In this document: positions 40,173 through 48,775 of the stretch, piece after piece
Layout of the letters: the number at the start of each line of letters is the position of its first letter
How positions within the stretch are numbered: position 1 is the stretch's first letter
Assembly (NCBI GenBank): GCA_963823665.1
Contig: CAWGMQ010000005.1
Span: 1,312,001 to 1,376,000, forward strand
Length of the DNA: 64,000 nt
Reading direction: 5' to 3'
From: an uncultured Planctomycetota bacterium
Lineage (GTDB): Bacteria > Planctomycetota > Planctomycetia > Isosphaerales > Isosphaeraceae
Program-made: the position numbers and the translations under genes
The notes under the pieces: model-generated
The model's database searches: none
What the model saw: only the letters and a program-made list of their open reading frames with translations
What the model was told of the DNA's origin: nothing

Positions 40173-40895
40173 ATGGACTTTGCTGACGCAACCGAGCGCG
40201 TTCGCGTCGTCGAAGGTCTTGAGCGGGGATATGTATTTGTGCCGGCCGCGAGCCTGGCACTCGGAGATGGAGCGGCCGGGCAGCTTGCGGCGATTCAGGC
40301 ACTGATGGACGCTGCGCCGGGCGACCCGTATGAGCCGAACAATAATCGGTCGCGTTACCATGCCCAGCTCATCCTCGATCCGGCGACGCGCTTGCTCCAC
40401 GAGCGGAAGGGCGTCGGCTACTGGCGGGCGTCGCATCTTGGATACGAATACTCCGGCGAGGAGCGGCGGTTCGCGCCGGTTCCGGACGCGATCCTCGGGG
40501 CACCATTGTTCGTGGAGTGGGTGTGGTTCTGGTTCGACCTGCTGCCCGCGACGCTCTTCGCGCCGATATTGCCGGCGCTGGTCGAAGTGCACTTGATGCG
40601 GACGCGGCCGGGGCCGGTGATCGTCAATCAGTTCCACAAGGACGGCGAGCCGTTCTTCGTTCTCTCGTTAATCGGCCGGCGGAACGTCGAAGGCGCGATC
40701 ACCCAGGTCGCCCGCGACCCGGAGGGCCGTGACATTGTGGGCCGGTTCGTCCTGGCCGAGCCGCTCGACAGTCTGCTCGTCGACGATCGGGGCGTTTTTC
40801 ACAACGTGACGCCGTTTTGTTCGGCGGATCAATCATATCCGGCGTTCCGGGATGTATTGAATCTCGGCTTTATTCCGCTGGTTCGCGGGGAGTGA
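40173..40895 (+). CDS. 2OG-Fe(II) dioxygenase family protein
   Basis: FHKDG (HxD), RRNVEG, VFHNVT (distal His), RDVL (2OG-binding Arg). Confidence 0.82.
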   Translation: MDFADATERVRVVEGLERGYVFVPAASLALGDGAAGQLAAIQALMDAAPGDPYEPNNNRSRYHAQLILDPATRLLHERKGVGYWRASHLGYEYSGEERRFAPVPDAILGAPLFVEWVWFWFDLLPATLFAPILPALVEVHLMRTRPGPVIVNQFHKDGEPFFVLSLIGRRNVEGAITQVARDPEGRDIVGRFVLAEPLDSLLVDDRGVFHNVTPFCSADQSYPAFRDVLNLGFIPLVRGE

Positions 40896-41089
40896 GGCAA
40901 TTGTTGGTTATCGCCCTGGAGATCCGGCGAATCTGGCCAGGTGGTGGACGACGAGATGAGTGGCGACCTCGCGCAGGCGTGTGCGGCTAGCGGCGAAGAA
41001 GCGGCGCAGGGGTGCCAAGGGCTGAAGCCCGTGGCTATTGACCGTGGCCCCGTTTGGGCCATGGACGATGACGTTGGCGGTTCCGGCCG

Positions 41090-41210
41090 CCACCACGGAA
41101 CAGAGAACGACGCTGCCGGAAGGCGCGGCAGCAAGTTTCGCCGTAACGTTTGATGCTTGGCCGCGTCGGAGATGATCGACGCAGGAGTTTGTGTCCAGCA
41201 AGTGCGTCAA
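41090..41210 (-). pseudogene. Truncated PIN-domain (VapC) toxin
   Basis: MTHLLDTNSCVDHLR...VVLCSVV, then unrelated REP-like sequence. TTGA overlap with the upstream gene. Confidence 0.75.
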
Positions 41211-41464
41211 GGCAGCTCCTCGCGCTCCTCGTATTCACCTTGCTCATGGCGCACGAACGACGGGTCTGTGATGCTGCCGGCGGTCGACAGGACGAAGGCC
41301 CGCCACTCCTGCTGCGTCATGCGAGGCGGCTCGACGGGAGCCGGATCGATGGTCACTTGGACTTCCCGGTCGGCGTCCTCTTTGCCTATCGGTACTGTGA
41401 TGTGCAGAACACCATCCGCGCCGATTCGCGAATGAATCACCATGCGGGTCGTGCTGATCTCCAC
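41207..41464 (-). CDS. Antitoxin partner of the PIN toxin
   Basis: HSRIGADGVLHITVPIG...VQVTI...TAGSITDPSFVRHEQGEYEERE, coupled to the vapC-like start. Confidence 0.65.
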   Translation of the reverse strand: MEISTTRMVIHSRIGADGVLHITVPIGKEDADREVQVTIDPAPVEPPRMTQQEWRAFVLSTAGSITDPSFVRHEQGEYEEREELP

Positions 41465-41761
41465 ATGAATGAGGCTTTCCAGTTAGAGACTTGTTTGGCG
41501 GAACGCCCGCGTGCCGCATTTCATTTTCGGGAGCCAGACCTGCTTCGTGCCAGTTCTTTTTGGACGTTTTTCAGATGATTGCGGTTCACTCGCTCGGCGG
41601 AGAAGGTCGATCCGTTCCAGAACCCGGGCGGAGCCGATTGACCGGGGCCCCGTCGGGGCCATGGACGAGCGAGGGTGTAAGTCAGCGAGGTCGAAGGCGA
41701 TTCGATTGACCACGGAACAGACGGAACGGCGCGGAAAAGACTGAGTGGCTCGTCATGCAAA

Positions 41762-41834
41762 AAGGGGCTCACGCCAAGGCGCGGCGGTGCAACGAAGGCG
41801 GGAGAGCAAGAGGGGCTCACGCCAAGGCGCAAAG
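41762..41834. repeat. Short direct repeat (2 copies)
   Basis: aggggctcacgccaaggcgc at about 41763 and 41811. Confidence 0.7.
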
Positions 41835-41947
41835 ATGAAAAAGGCGCGAGCTGACAGACCGAGGGCGAGGGCACGCGTCGCAATCGGGTTTGAACTGCCG
41901 TTGCCGTGCGCTTTGGGAGTGGATAATTCGCTACGTCCCCTTTTCCT

Positions 41948-42067
41948 CTGCGTCGAATCGTGAATGCCTTGGGCGGAGAGTTGGAAGTCTCGGCAAGGTT
42001 CCCTGCCGGAACCGTGAAGATCGAGCAGTTCAACGAAGTGGGCGGCGGCAAAGCGGTCTCGCCGTAG
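41948..42067 (+). pseudogene. 3' scar of an XRE/HigA-like antitoxin
   Basis: LRRIVNALGGELEVSARFPAGTVKIEQF...stop, with no HTH upstream. Confidence 0.7.
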
Positions 42068-42567
42068 ATTCCGGGTGGGTTCGCGAACCCCCCGGAACCC
42101 ACACAGCTTTGAGTTCGGGCTTCGCCTGGTCCGCGCTGGACACTATCTCCTCTCCTCCGCCTCGGCGTCCGCCTAACTTGCTGGGGCGCCTTGAAGGGGC
42201 GTGCTATCCTGAGTGGAAGGCGTCGGCCCAGGCGAGGATCTCATCCTCGTTCAGATCTGGCAACTCGCCACGAAGTTCCAAGTCGGCCGACACGGCGAGG
42301 CGGAGAATCGCGAACCATGCATTCGGCTTTTGCTCGTTCTGATGCTGGGTCGGCTCCTTCCGCGCGGGCTCGGGGGTCCGCGTTGGGGCTGAGGCACGCA
42401 GATCGAGCTCGCGGTGATGCCTTGCCATTGTCACTGGCGCCGAAGTTTGTGGTCGGAGGCAATCATCGAGGATGTAATCGCATTTCATCGCAAACGCTGC
42501 ATGGCTCAATTGCCTAGCGGCGGTCGGGCCGGCGGTCTGATTTCGGGGACTTCAAACTCCGGGGAGA

Positions 42568-42686
42568 CTGAATCCCTTCGCGTAGCGAAGGGCGAGATTG
42601 GGGTGTAGGCTGAATCCCTTCGCGGAGCGAAGGGCGACATTGGCGTGGGAGCGGGGACGCACTTTCGCGGAGCGAAAGGCGACAAT
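42568..42686. repeat. Three REP-like hairpins
   Basis: cccttcgc-gta-gcgaaggg, cccttcgc-gga-gcgaaggg and ctttcgc-gga-gcgaaag, each followed by (g)cga. Confidence 0.85.
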
Positions 42687-43213
42687 GGGGTGAGCGACGG
42701 CGCTCGGTTCGGGCGGCACTGAAGCTGGCCGCGCACAGGAGCTGGGTTCTGCCGTCTGCCCTGTGCGCGGCCCCCCGCTCCGCCGCCTGCGGTGGCACCT
42801 CCTCGACAAGGGGGTGGTATGCCTCTGCCACCAGCGGCTTGGGTGAATGGCGCCAAGGAGACAAGAGGCTCACGGACTGAACGGACGGCGTGGATGCGGG
42901 AATCGCGCCGGGTGTTTTTCGCCGTTTTCTGGCCGCGGTGCGCGCAAATTTGCGGTTTCGATCGAATTGGTCGTTGCATGCGTTGCGACGTGAAAAAAAT
43001 CCCAGGTCTTCTGGTCGGCGAAATGGCCAAATCCGGGAAACCCGTCGCATAATATCTGTAGCTCAAAGTCGATTGCCGACACTGGTGTCGGCGCGATGGG
43101 CACCCACGTCTCTGGATCCGATTAGTTGCGTTCACATCTACTTATGAAATTCTCGAGGTCGCGGGACTTCGGGCCAGGCTTCCAAGCTCATTTGAATAGG
43201 AATTTATACTGAT

Positions 43214-45507
43214 ATGGCCTCTGACGCACAAATCAATGCGAATCGGCGCAATGCGTTGCGCTCAACCGGGCCTAAAAGTCCGGAATCCCGGGCGAAGAGC
43301 GCTCGCAATAGTCGGAAGCACGGGATGCGATCGGAGCGGGAGAAGCTCGCGCGGGAGGAAAGCATTGCGTATGAAGCGCGATACTTTCGCTGGTCCGCGC
43401 ATTATGGGGTGGAGAGTGACCCCGAGGAGTTTCTATTGAATGCCAACCTGTTCCTGGCGTCGGACATGGATCGGGTGAGGGGCGCTTATCTGGAACTCAC
43501 TCAAAGCCAGATCGACAACGCCGAGGACGACGAGATCAAAGAGGTGCGCGAAACGGGCGACCTGCTGTTCACCGATTCGCGAGGCGTGCCGGTTGCGCTG
43601 TTCGGCACCCGTCGCTATAACAACAAGAAACCAGGGGGGCCGTCATGGGGTAGCGAAACTGCGCCGGCAATCAAGCCCGACGAACTCATGCGCAAACTGG
43701 AATCGAGCGCGATGGGGTGCTACTGGATCCTTGAGGTTCTTGAGGAACTGCTGGAACGGGCTCGCAAACGTTTTTGGTCCTCCGGCGATCGGCTGATGAT
43801 GCTACGGTTGCTGGGGCGGAATCCTGTGGACGGCCCCGCAGACCGGCGGGTCGCTGAGGTTTTCGCGGCGAGCCACGCGCTTCGGCCGATGGGCAAGCCG
43901 TTTGACGATCTGCTCAGCGATATGAACGAGCTGATGCTCGAGGCCCACGTGAAGGCGGTCGTGGCGTTGTGGCCTGACCTATCGCAGCGCGGTGAAAAGG
44001 AGAAGGCCAGGCAGAGCCTGATCGAGCTGGTGGAGGGCGAGATCGAGCGGGTGTGGGCCATTGCGGCGGAACATGACACCCATATCAAGGATGAACCTGC
44101 GCGGACGAGGCGACGCAAGGGATTTGTTTATACCAAGGAAGCTGAGGCGATGCGGCGATGGTTCGCGCGCGCCAAGGGGTCGGTGGAGCGAGGGGGCAAG
44201 GTCATTCGGCAGGAGGTACGGGCGCGGAAGGCGGATAGCGATGCGCAGGGATTGCCGCCGGTGCCTGGGAAAGATGTTATCAGCCCATATGATGGGCGGC
44301 CGGCGTCTTGGTGGAGGGAGGACGCGGGGGGTGGAAAGAGGGGAGAGGGGCGGAAGGGGGAAGGGCCCGGTCTGGAGACCGGCGCCCAACACGGCGGCTC
44401 GGGGTGGGGTCAGAGGGGTGGCGCCAAGATGGTTTTACCGGCGCCCAACCTGTGGGCGAGGGGCCGGGAGTGGAGAGTGGCGATCATCGCGCTGACCCCG
44501 GGGGGACGGGAGACCTACGGTCGGGCGGAGGGCGGGGTCTGGAGACCTGCGCCCAACAGGCTGGCGAGGGGCCGGGAGTGGAGAGTGGCGATCATCGCGC
44601 TGACCCCGGGGGGACGGAAGACCTACGGTCGGGCGGAGGGCGGGGTCTGGAGACCCGCGCCCAACATGTGAGTGAATTTGGGAGCGGCGGGCCAGTCGCG
44701 GATGGTGGTTCGGGCGCGGCCGTTGAAGTTGGCCGTGAGGCTCAGGTGGACGGCACACGGAGTGTGCCTGCTACACCGAATGGAAAGGGCCGAGGGTGGG
44801 ACTCGGTTGTGGTGGAGGAATCGGACATTCTGGCGTGTGGGGGGTTTCTTCCGGAGAAGTACGTGGGCGCTTCCGGCGACGGCGGCTGCGAGGACGAAGC
44901 TCCGGCTGCGCTCGAGGACGAAGCTCCGGCTGCGCTTGAGGACGAAGTGCCGAATCTTGAAACTGTGGGTTCCGAATCGGAGGAGGCCGGGCAGTGCGAT
45001 ATGGATCTGAGTACGGCAGGAGTGGGTGAAGTCACGCCGGGGGAACTGGCGGAAGCTGCTGATCGGGCGCGGGAGGATGGGGGTGCCGCGGGCGGCGGCG
45101 AGGGTCAAATTGGTGAAAAAGCGCCGAACGAAGCCAATTTTGGTGATGACGTGTGCATAGCACAACATCAAGATATTATTGGCGTTCCGACGAATTCTGG
45201 CGGTGTTTCGGGACTTGACGACTGTCAAACGAAGCCAATTTTGCAAACGAAGCCAATTCCGGCGGGCGGTGCGGCGGCGGGCGCATCTGGAGGTTCGACA
45301 CAGCCGGTTGGACGGGCATTGACGGATTACGAGAGACGGGACGCGTGGAAGGAAATCAGGCGGCGGGAGTGGATTCGTTATCGTGCGGAGAAGGAGGCGC
45401 GGGAGCGGGAGCGCCTCGAGCGGTTGAGAGCGGGCGAAGCGAATACTGGGACGACTTCGTCTACACCGGGGGAAGCCGTGCCGCCGCACGATGTGCGGGG
45501 GCCGTGA
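43214..45507 (+). CDS. Large hypothetical protein of the 'ANRRNA..STGP..N..KHG' family; probably one gene with a frameshift in the G-rich 44310-44450 tract
   Basis: N-terminus MASDAQINANRRNALRSTGPKSPESRAKSARNSRKHG, helical middle, repeat-filled linker, and charged helical C-terminus in ORF 44308..45507. agga RBS upstream. Confidence 0.6.
44455..44666. repeat. 108-bp tandem duplication containing a REP-like unit
   Basis: Units start at 44455 and 44563 and end ggtctggagacc(t/c)gcgcccaaca. A partial copy lies at 44369-44391. Confidence 0.92.
44890..44947. repeat. 24-bp in-frame tandem repeat (EDEAPAAL)
   Basis: gaggacgaagctccggctgcgct(c/t) twice plus a partial third copy. Confidence 0.9.
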
Positions 45508-45524
45508 GCGAATGTGGGGGGTCT

Positions 45525-45884
45525 GGTGCTTCGAGCGGATCACTGGCGGGTGACGCTCTTCACCCCCCCTGGCCCCCTTCTAGCGGAGGGCCGGACTAAG
45601 ACTACGAGTACGAGTACGAGCAGGAGTACGAGTACGAGCAGGAGTCGGAGTGGTGCGGTCGAGCGACTCTCAGTACGCGGCCGCCGGGACGGACCCCCCC
45701 TGGCCCCCCCTTCTAAAGGGGGGGAAGCTCCGCGCAACATTCGCGGTGGGAAATCTCCGCTCGTTATTCTGCAAGTTTTCAACAGGCCACCTTCACCCCC
45801 CCTGGCCCCCCTTTGCAAAAGCGGGGAACGGACGTGCGGCGCTTTCGCTGGAGCGCGGTGCTTCGAGCGGATCACTGGCGGGTG
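45525..45884. repeat. Repeat cluster bracketed by a perfect 28-bp direct repeat
   Basis: ggtgcttcgagcggatcactggcgggtg at 45525-45552 and 45857-45884. Between them are three cccccctggccccc..tt...ggg REPs and a (tacgag)n tract at 45600-45646. Confidence 0.92.
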
Positions 45885-46864
45885 GCGCCGTGAGCGGGGC
45901 TGTGAACGCCGCGCCCTTGGCGGGGTTGGCGGCTGATGATGAAGCCGAGGAGGGCGAGCGCGAGGCTGGCTCCGAGCAGGGCCTTGGCGGCGCCGGGGAG
46001 GTTGCTTGGAGAAACGAACGCTTCGATCACGGCAGCGACCAGGAGCATCGGCACGATACCCACCATGATCTGGACCGAGATTCGGCCTTTTTGGCGCAGC
46101 TCGACGCCCCGGCTAAAGCGGCCGGGGAAGACCATGGCCTCGGCCATGAGCAGCCCGGCGCCTGCGCTGATCCAGATCGCGGGAAGCTCGAGCGATCCGT
46201 GGGCGATGACGAATTCTGTGAGGGGCAAGAGCATACCGGCACGCATACAGGCGGCGGCGATCGCGCCCAGCATGATTCCATTCAAGACCACCAACCAGAT
46301 GGTGCCGATGCCGAAGGTGAGGCCCAAGCCCCACGTCGTGAGGGCGACACTGATGTTGTTGGCGGCGATCTGGCTGCCGGCCGTCGGTGCGACGCGCGTG
46401 AGCGAGTTGGTCCAGAGCTTCTTCGCCTGGATGGAGGCGCGCATCGGAGGGCTAACGAAGAAGCTCTCGAGCACGGGGTTCTGCGCGGTGAGGAAGAATC
46501 CCACGACGGCGCTGGCCCAGAAGATTCCGGTGGCCACGAGGATGGGGCGAACGGCCTCGCGCATGCGCAAGGGCCATGTCTTCAGCCAGAACTCGGTCCA
46601 ATTCCTTGACCTGCCTCGCTCGGCCTGATACAGGATGCTGTGTGCATTACCGACAAGCTGCTCGAGCTCTTTGACGACGGGGTGACCTGAATAGCGCATC
46701 CGGGCATAGGCCAAGTCGGAGACAGCTTGACGGTAGAGCACGCTGCCCTCGCGGAACACATTGAGTGGAACGCGGGCGAGCGAGAGCCGCCGGGCGGTTT
46801 CGAGGAAGACCTGGAGTTGGGCCCAAGCGGCTCGTCGCACGCGGACAAACTCATGCACGACCAT
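45872..46864 (-). CDS. SpoIIM (stage II sporulation protein M)-like membrane protein
   Basis: LYRQAVSDLAYAR, IAANNISVA, NGIMLG, IAHGSLELPAI, AAVIEAFVSP. Confidence 0.88.
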   Translation of the reverse strand: MVVHEFVRVRRAAWAQLQVFLETARRLSLARVPLNVFREGSVLYRQAVSDLAYARMRYSGHPVVKELEQLVGNAHSILYQAERGRSRNWTEFWLKTWPLRMREAVRPILVATGIFWASAVVGFFLTAQNPVLESFFVSPPMRASIQAKKLWTNSLTRVAPTAGSQIAANNISVALTTWGLGLTFGIGTIWLVVLNGIMLGAIAAACMRAGMLLPLTEFVIAHGSLELPAIWISAGAGLLMAEAMVFPGRFSRGVELRQKGRISVQIMVGIVPMLLVAAVIEAFVSPSNLPGAAKALLGASLALALLGFIISRQPRQGRGVHSPAHGATRQ

Positions 46865-47683
46865 CGACTGCCTCTTTCCCAGCGAGTGATTTCGGTCCGG
46901 ACTCCGGAGAACATCGAGCTGTCGTACGCGCTGGCTGGACCCGGAAGCCGCGCTGTCGCCTATCTGATCGATGTCTCGCTCATGCTGTTCGTGGTGCAGA
47001 TGATGCTCAACTTGATTGTGTTCGCGGTTGCGGCGCTGGTCAATGCGCTCGGAATGCGCGGGGACATGTGGGTGGGCGCACTCGGGTTCCTGGTGTCATT
47101 CGGACTGTATAACGGTTATTTCATTTTCTTCGAATGGCTTTTGAACGGACAGACGCCCGGAAAGCGGATGCTGCACGTGCGCGTGATCAAACAAGGCGGA
47201 TACGCATTAAGATTCTTCGATACACTGTTGCGGAACCTGCTGCGGGTCGTCGATTTCTTACCGCTGTTTTACGGTGTGGGGCTCGTGAGCCTCTTGCTCT
47301 CGCGCGACAGCCAGCGGCTGGGTGACCTGGTCGCGGGGACGCTGGTGGTGTACCAGGACCCGGTGCAAACGGAGTCGATGGTATCAACCTTTGGCGAGAC
47401 CGACCTTCAACAGCCGCCGCTACCGGCGGACCAGGTTGCGGCGATTCCGAACGAGGTGATCTTGCTTGCGGACGAGTATCTGCGATCGAGAGGCGAACTG
47501 GCGCCGCGGCCGCGGCAGGAGATTGCGGCGGAACTGGTGGAACTGATTCGCGAAACGAGCGGGTTGAAGCCGCGGCCGGACCAAGGCGTCGAGAGCTTCC
47601 TGGCAACCGTGGTCAATCAAGTCGGGCAAAGCCCTCCATCGTCAGCGGAAGCTCCGCAGGAGGTTGAATACCCTTCTTCTTGA
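46853..47683 (+). CDS. RDD family membrane protein (start 46853 or 46886)
   Basis: RTPENIELSYALAGPGSRAVAYLID, GQTPGKR, RNLLRVVD, QRLGDLVAGTLVV. Confidence 0.9.
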   Translation: MHDHRLPLSQRVISVRTPENIELSYALAGPGSRAVAYLIDVSLMLFVVQMMLNLIVFAVAALVNALGMRGDMWVGALGFLVSFGLYNGYFIFFEWLLNGQTPGKRMLHVRVIKQGGYALRFFDTLLRNLLRVVDFLPLFYGVGLVSLLLSRDSQRLGDLVAGTLVVYQDPVQTESMVSTFGETDLQQPPLPADQVAAIPNEVILLADEYLRSRGELAPRPRQEIAAELVELIRETSGLKPRPDQGVESFLATVVNQVGQSPPSSAEAPQEVEYPSS

Positions 47684-48650
47684 TGAGCCGGCGGGCGATC
47701 TTCAGTCGATCCTTGGCGAGCTTACGCGCGGAATCGACGACTCGCGTGCCGGCCCAGCGGTCGCCATAGCGGCGCTGCAAGGGATCGTGATAGGCGGCGG
47801 CGGCATCGACCAGATTAAAGATGGGTATGAGCTGGCTCAGCCAGCGGACAACCCCCTGCCCGTAGGTGAGCCGCGATTTCCCGTCCTTGGACTGGACGAC
47901 GCGCAAGCCGGCGGCGCGTTTGCCGGGACTGCCCCCGCCAAAGAGCGCGTCGCGAAAGAAGAGGAGGAGTATTCCGACGAATTGACCGGCGTAGATGATT
48001 GCAGTGAAAAGTGGGCTCTGCGGGCCGGCGAGAACGATCGCCAACGGCAAGGCCAGGATCACGGAACCGTAGATGAAGATGATGTTATCCAGAAACAGCG
48101 CACCGAACCGGCGGTTCCACATGCCCATCTGGCAACGGCGGCAGAGGAAGAACTGTTTCTTGAAGGGTTTGGCCCGGCACTTGTTGCAATAGGGGGCGTG
48201 ACAACGCACGCAGACGAGCACAGCGGGGCGTCTGTGTTTCCAGCAAGGGAGTGAATCTTCCGCGAGAGCCAGTTGATCGCGCTTCTTTGCCGGCCAGGCG
48301 TCGTCGAGTTTGTCACCGATTGCTAGTCCGGATGGCTTGTCAATAACGTCCGAGAGGGGATGGCTCCTGATTTCGTCGTCGCGCTTGTCACCGATTGATG
48401 GTCCGGATCTGACCGCCTGCATGATTGCGGTTTGCTCCACGACGGGCTTGGCTTCAGGCTGAGTGCAATGGCGGACCAGCGTATTCGGTGAGATTGTTTT
48501 TTCTTCGAGGAAACGCTGGAGCGACTTGCGCGAGACGGGGCCATAGATATCCTCGTCGGCCGACTCGATATACCAGCCGATTTCATAAGGATCCATGACA
48601 CGGGGACCAGCACCCACACCTTGCTGAGCAACCTGGCTCATCGTCGGCAC
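47613..48650 (-). CDS. GYF-like + B-box-like zinc finger + RDD domain protein
   Basis: WYI...IYGPVS...L; CWKH...CVRC...CNKC...CRRC; RRFGALFLD, SPGKR, RYGDRWAGTRVV. Confidence 0.78.
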   Translation of the reverse strand: MPTMSQVAQQGVGAGPRVMDPYEIGWYIESADEDIYGPVSRKSLQRFLEEKTISPNTLVRHCTQPEAKPVVEQTAIMQAVRSGPSIGDKRDDEIRSHPLSDVIDKPSGLAIGDKLDDAWPAKKRDQLALAEDSLPCWKHRRPAVLVCVRCHAPYCNKCRAKPFKKQFFLCRRCQMGMWNRRFGALFLDNIIFIYGSVILALPLAIVLAGPQSPLFTAIIYAGQFVGILLLFFRDALFGGGSPGKRAAGLRVVQSKDGKSRLTYGQGVVRWLSQLIPIFNLVDAAAAYHDPLQRRYGDRWAGTRVVDSARKLAKDRLKIARRLIKKKGIQPPAELPLTMEGFARLD

Positions 48651-48775
48651 CCTCTTAAACGGAGAATTGAGCGATCAGGGTGCTTATTATTGGCGCAAGT
48701 TTTTGCGGATTCAAGTTCATGATCGAGGCAAGAACGGTTCGCGTGTGGCACTTCTAGCGGCGGCTTGCAGCTTCC

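Noticed and set aside
38552..40619. Diversity-generating retroelement template/variable repeat pair
   Set aside because: Differences are not adenine-specific, many are synonymous, and there is no reverse transcriptase in the window.
35963..40895. Halogenase plus dioxygenase as a biosynthetic gene cluster
   Set aside because: They are on opposite strands, separated by TA modules, with no scaffold enzyme, precursor peptide or transporter.
41521..42102. Tyrosine recombinase remnant (TIRRRGKGD...LP) on the minus strand
   Set aside because: No catalytic R-H-R-Y motifs; the plus strand of the same DNA is a better match to an XRE antitoxin C-terminus.
42204..42280. Gene encoding LPDLNEDEILAWADAFH
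   Set aside because: It resembles one unit of a repeat-protein motif, but it is an isolated fragment in an otherwise non-protein-like ORF; at most a scar.
27794..42700. Integron cassette array or prophage
   Set aside because: No integrase, no recurring attC-like sites, mixed gene orientation, and no phage structural genes.
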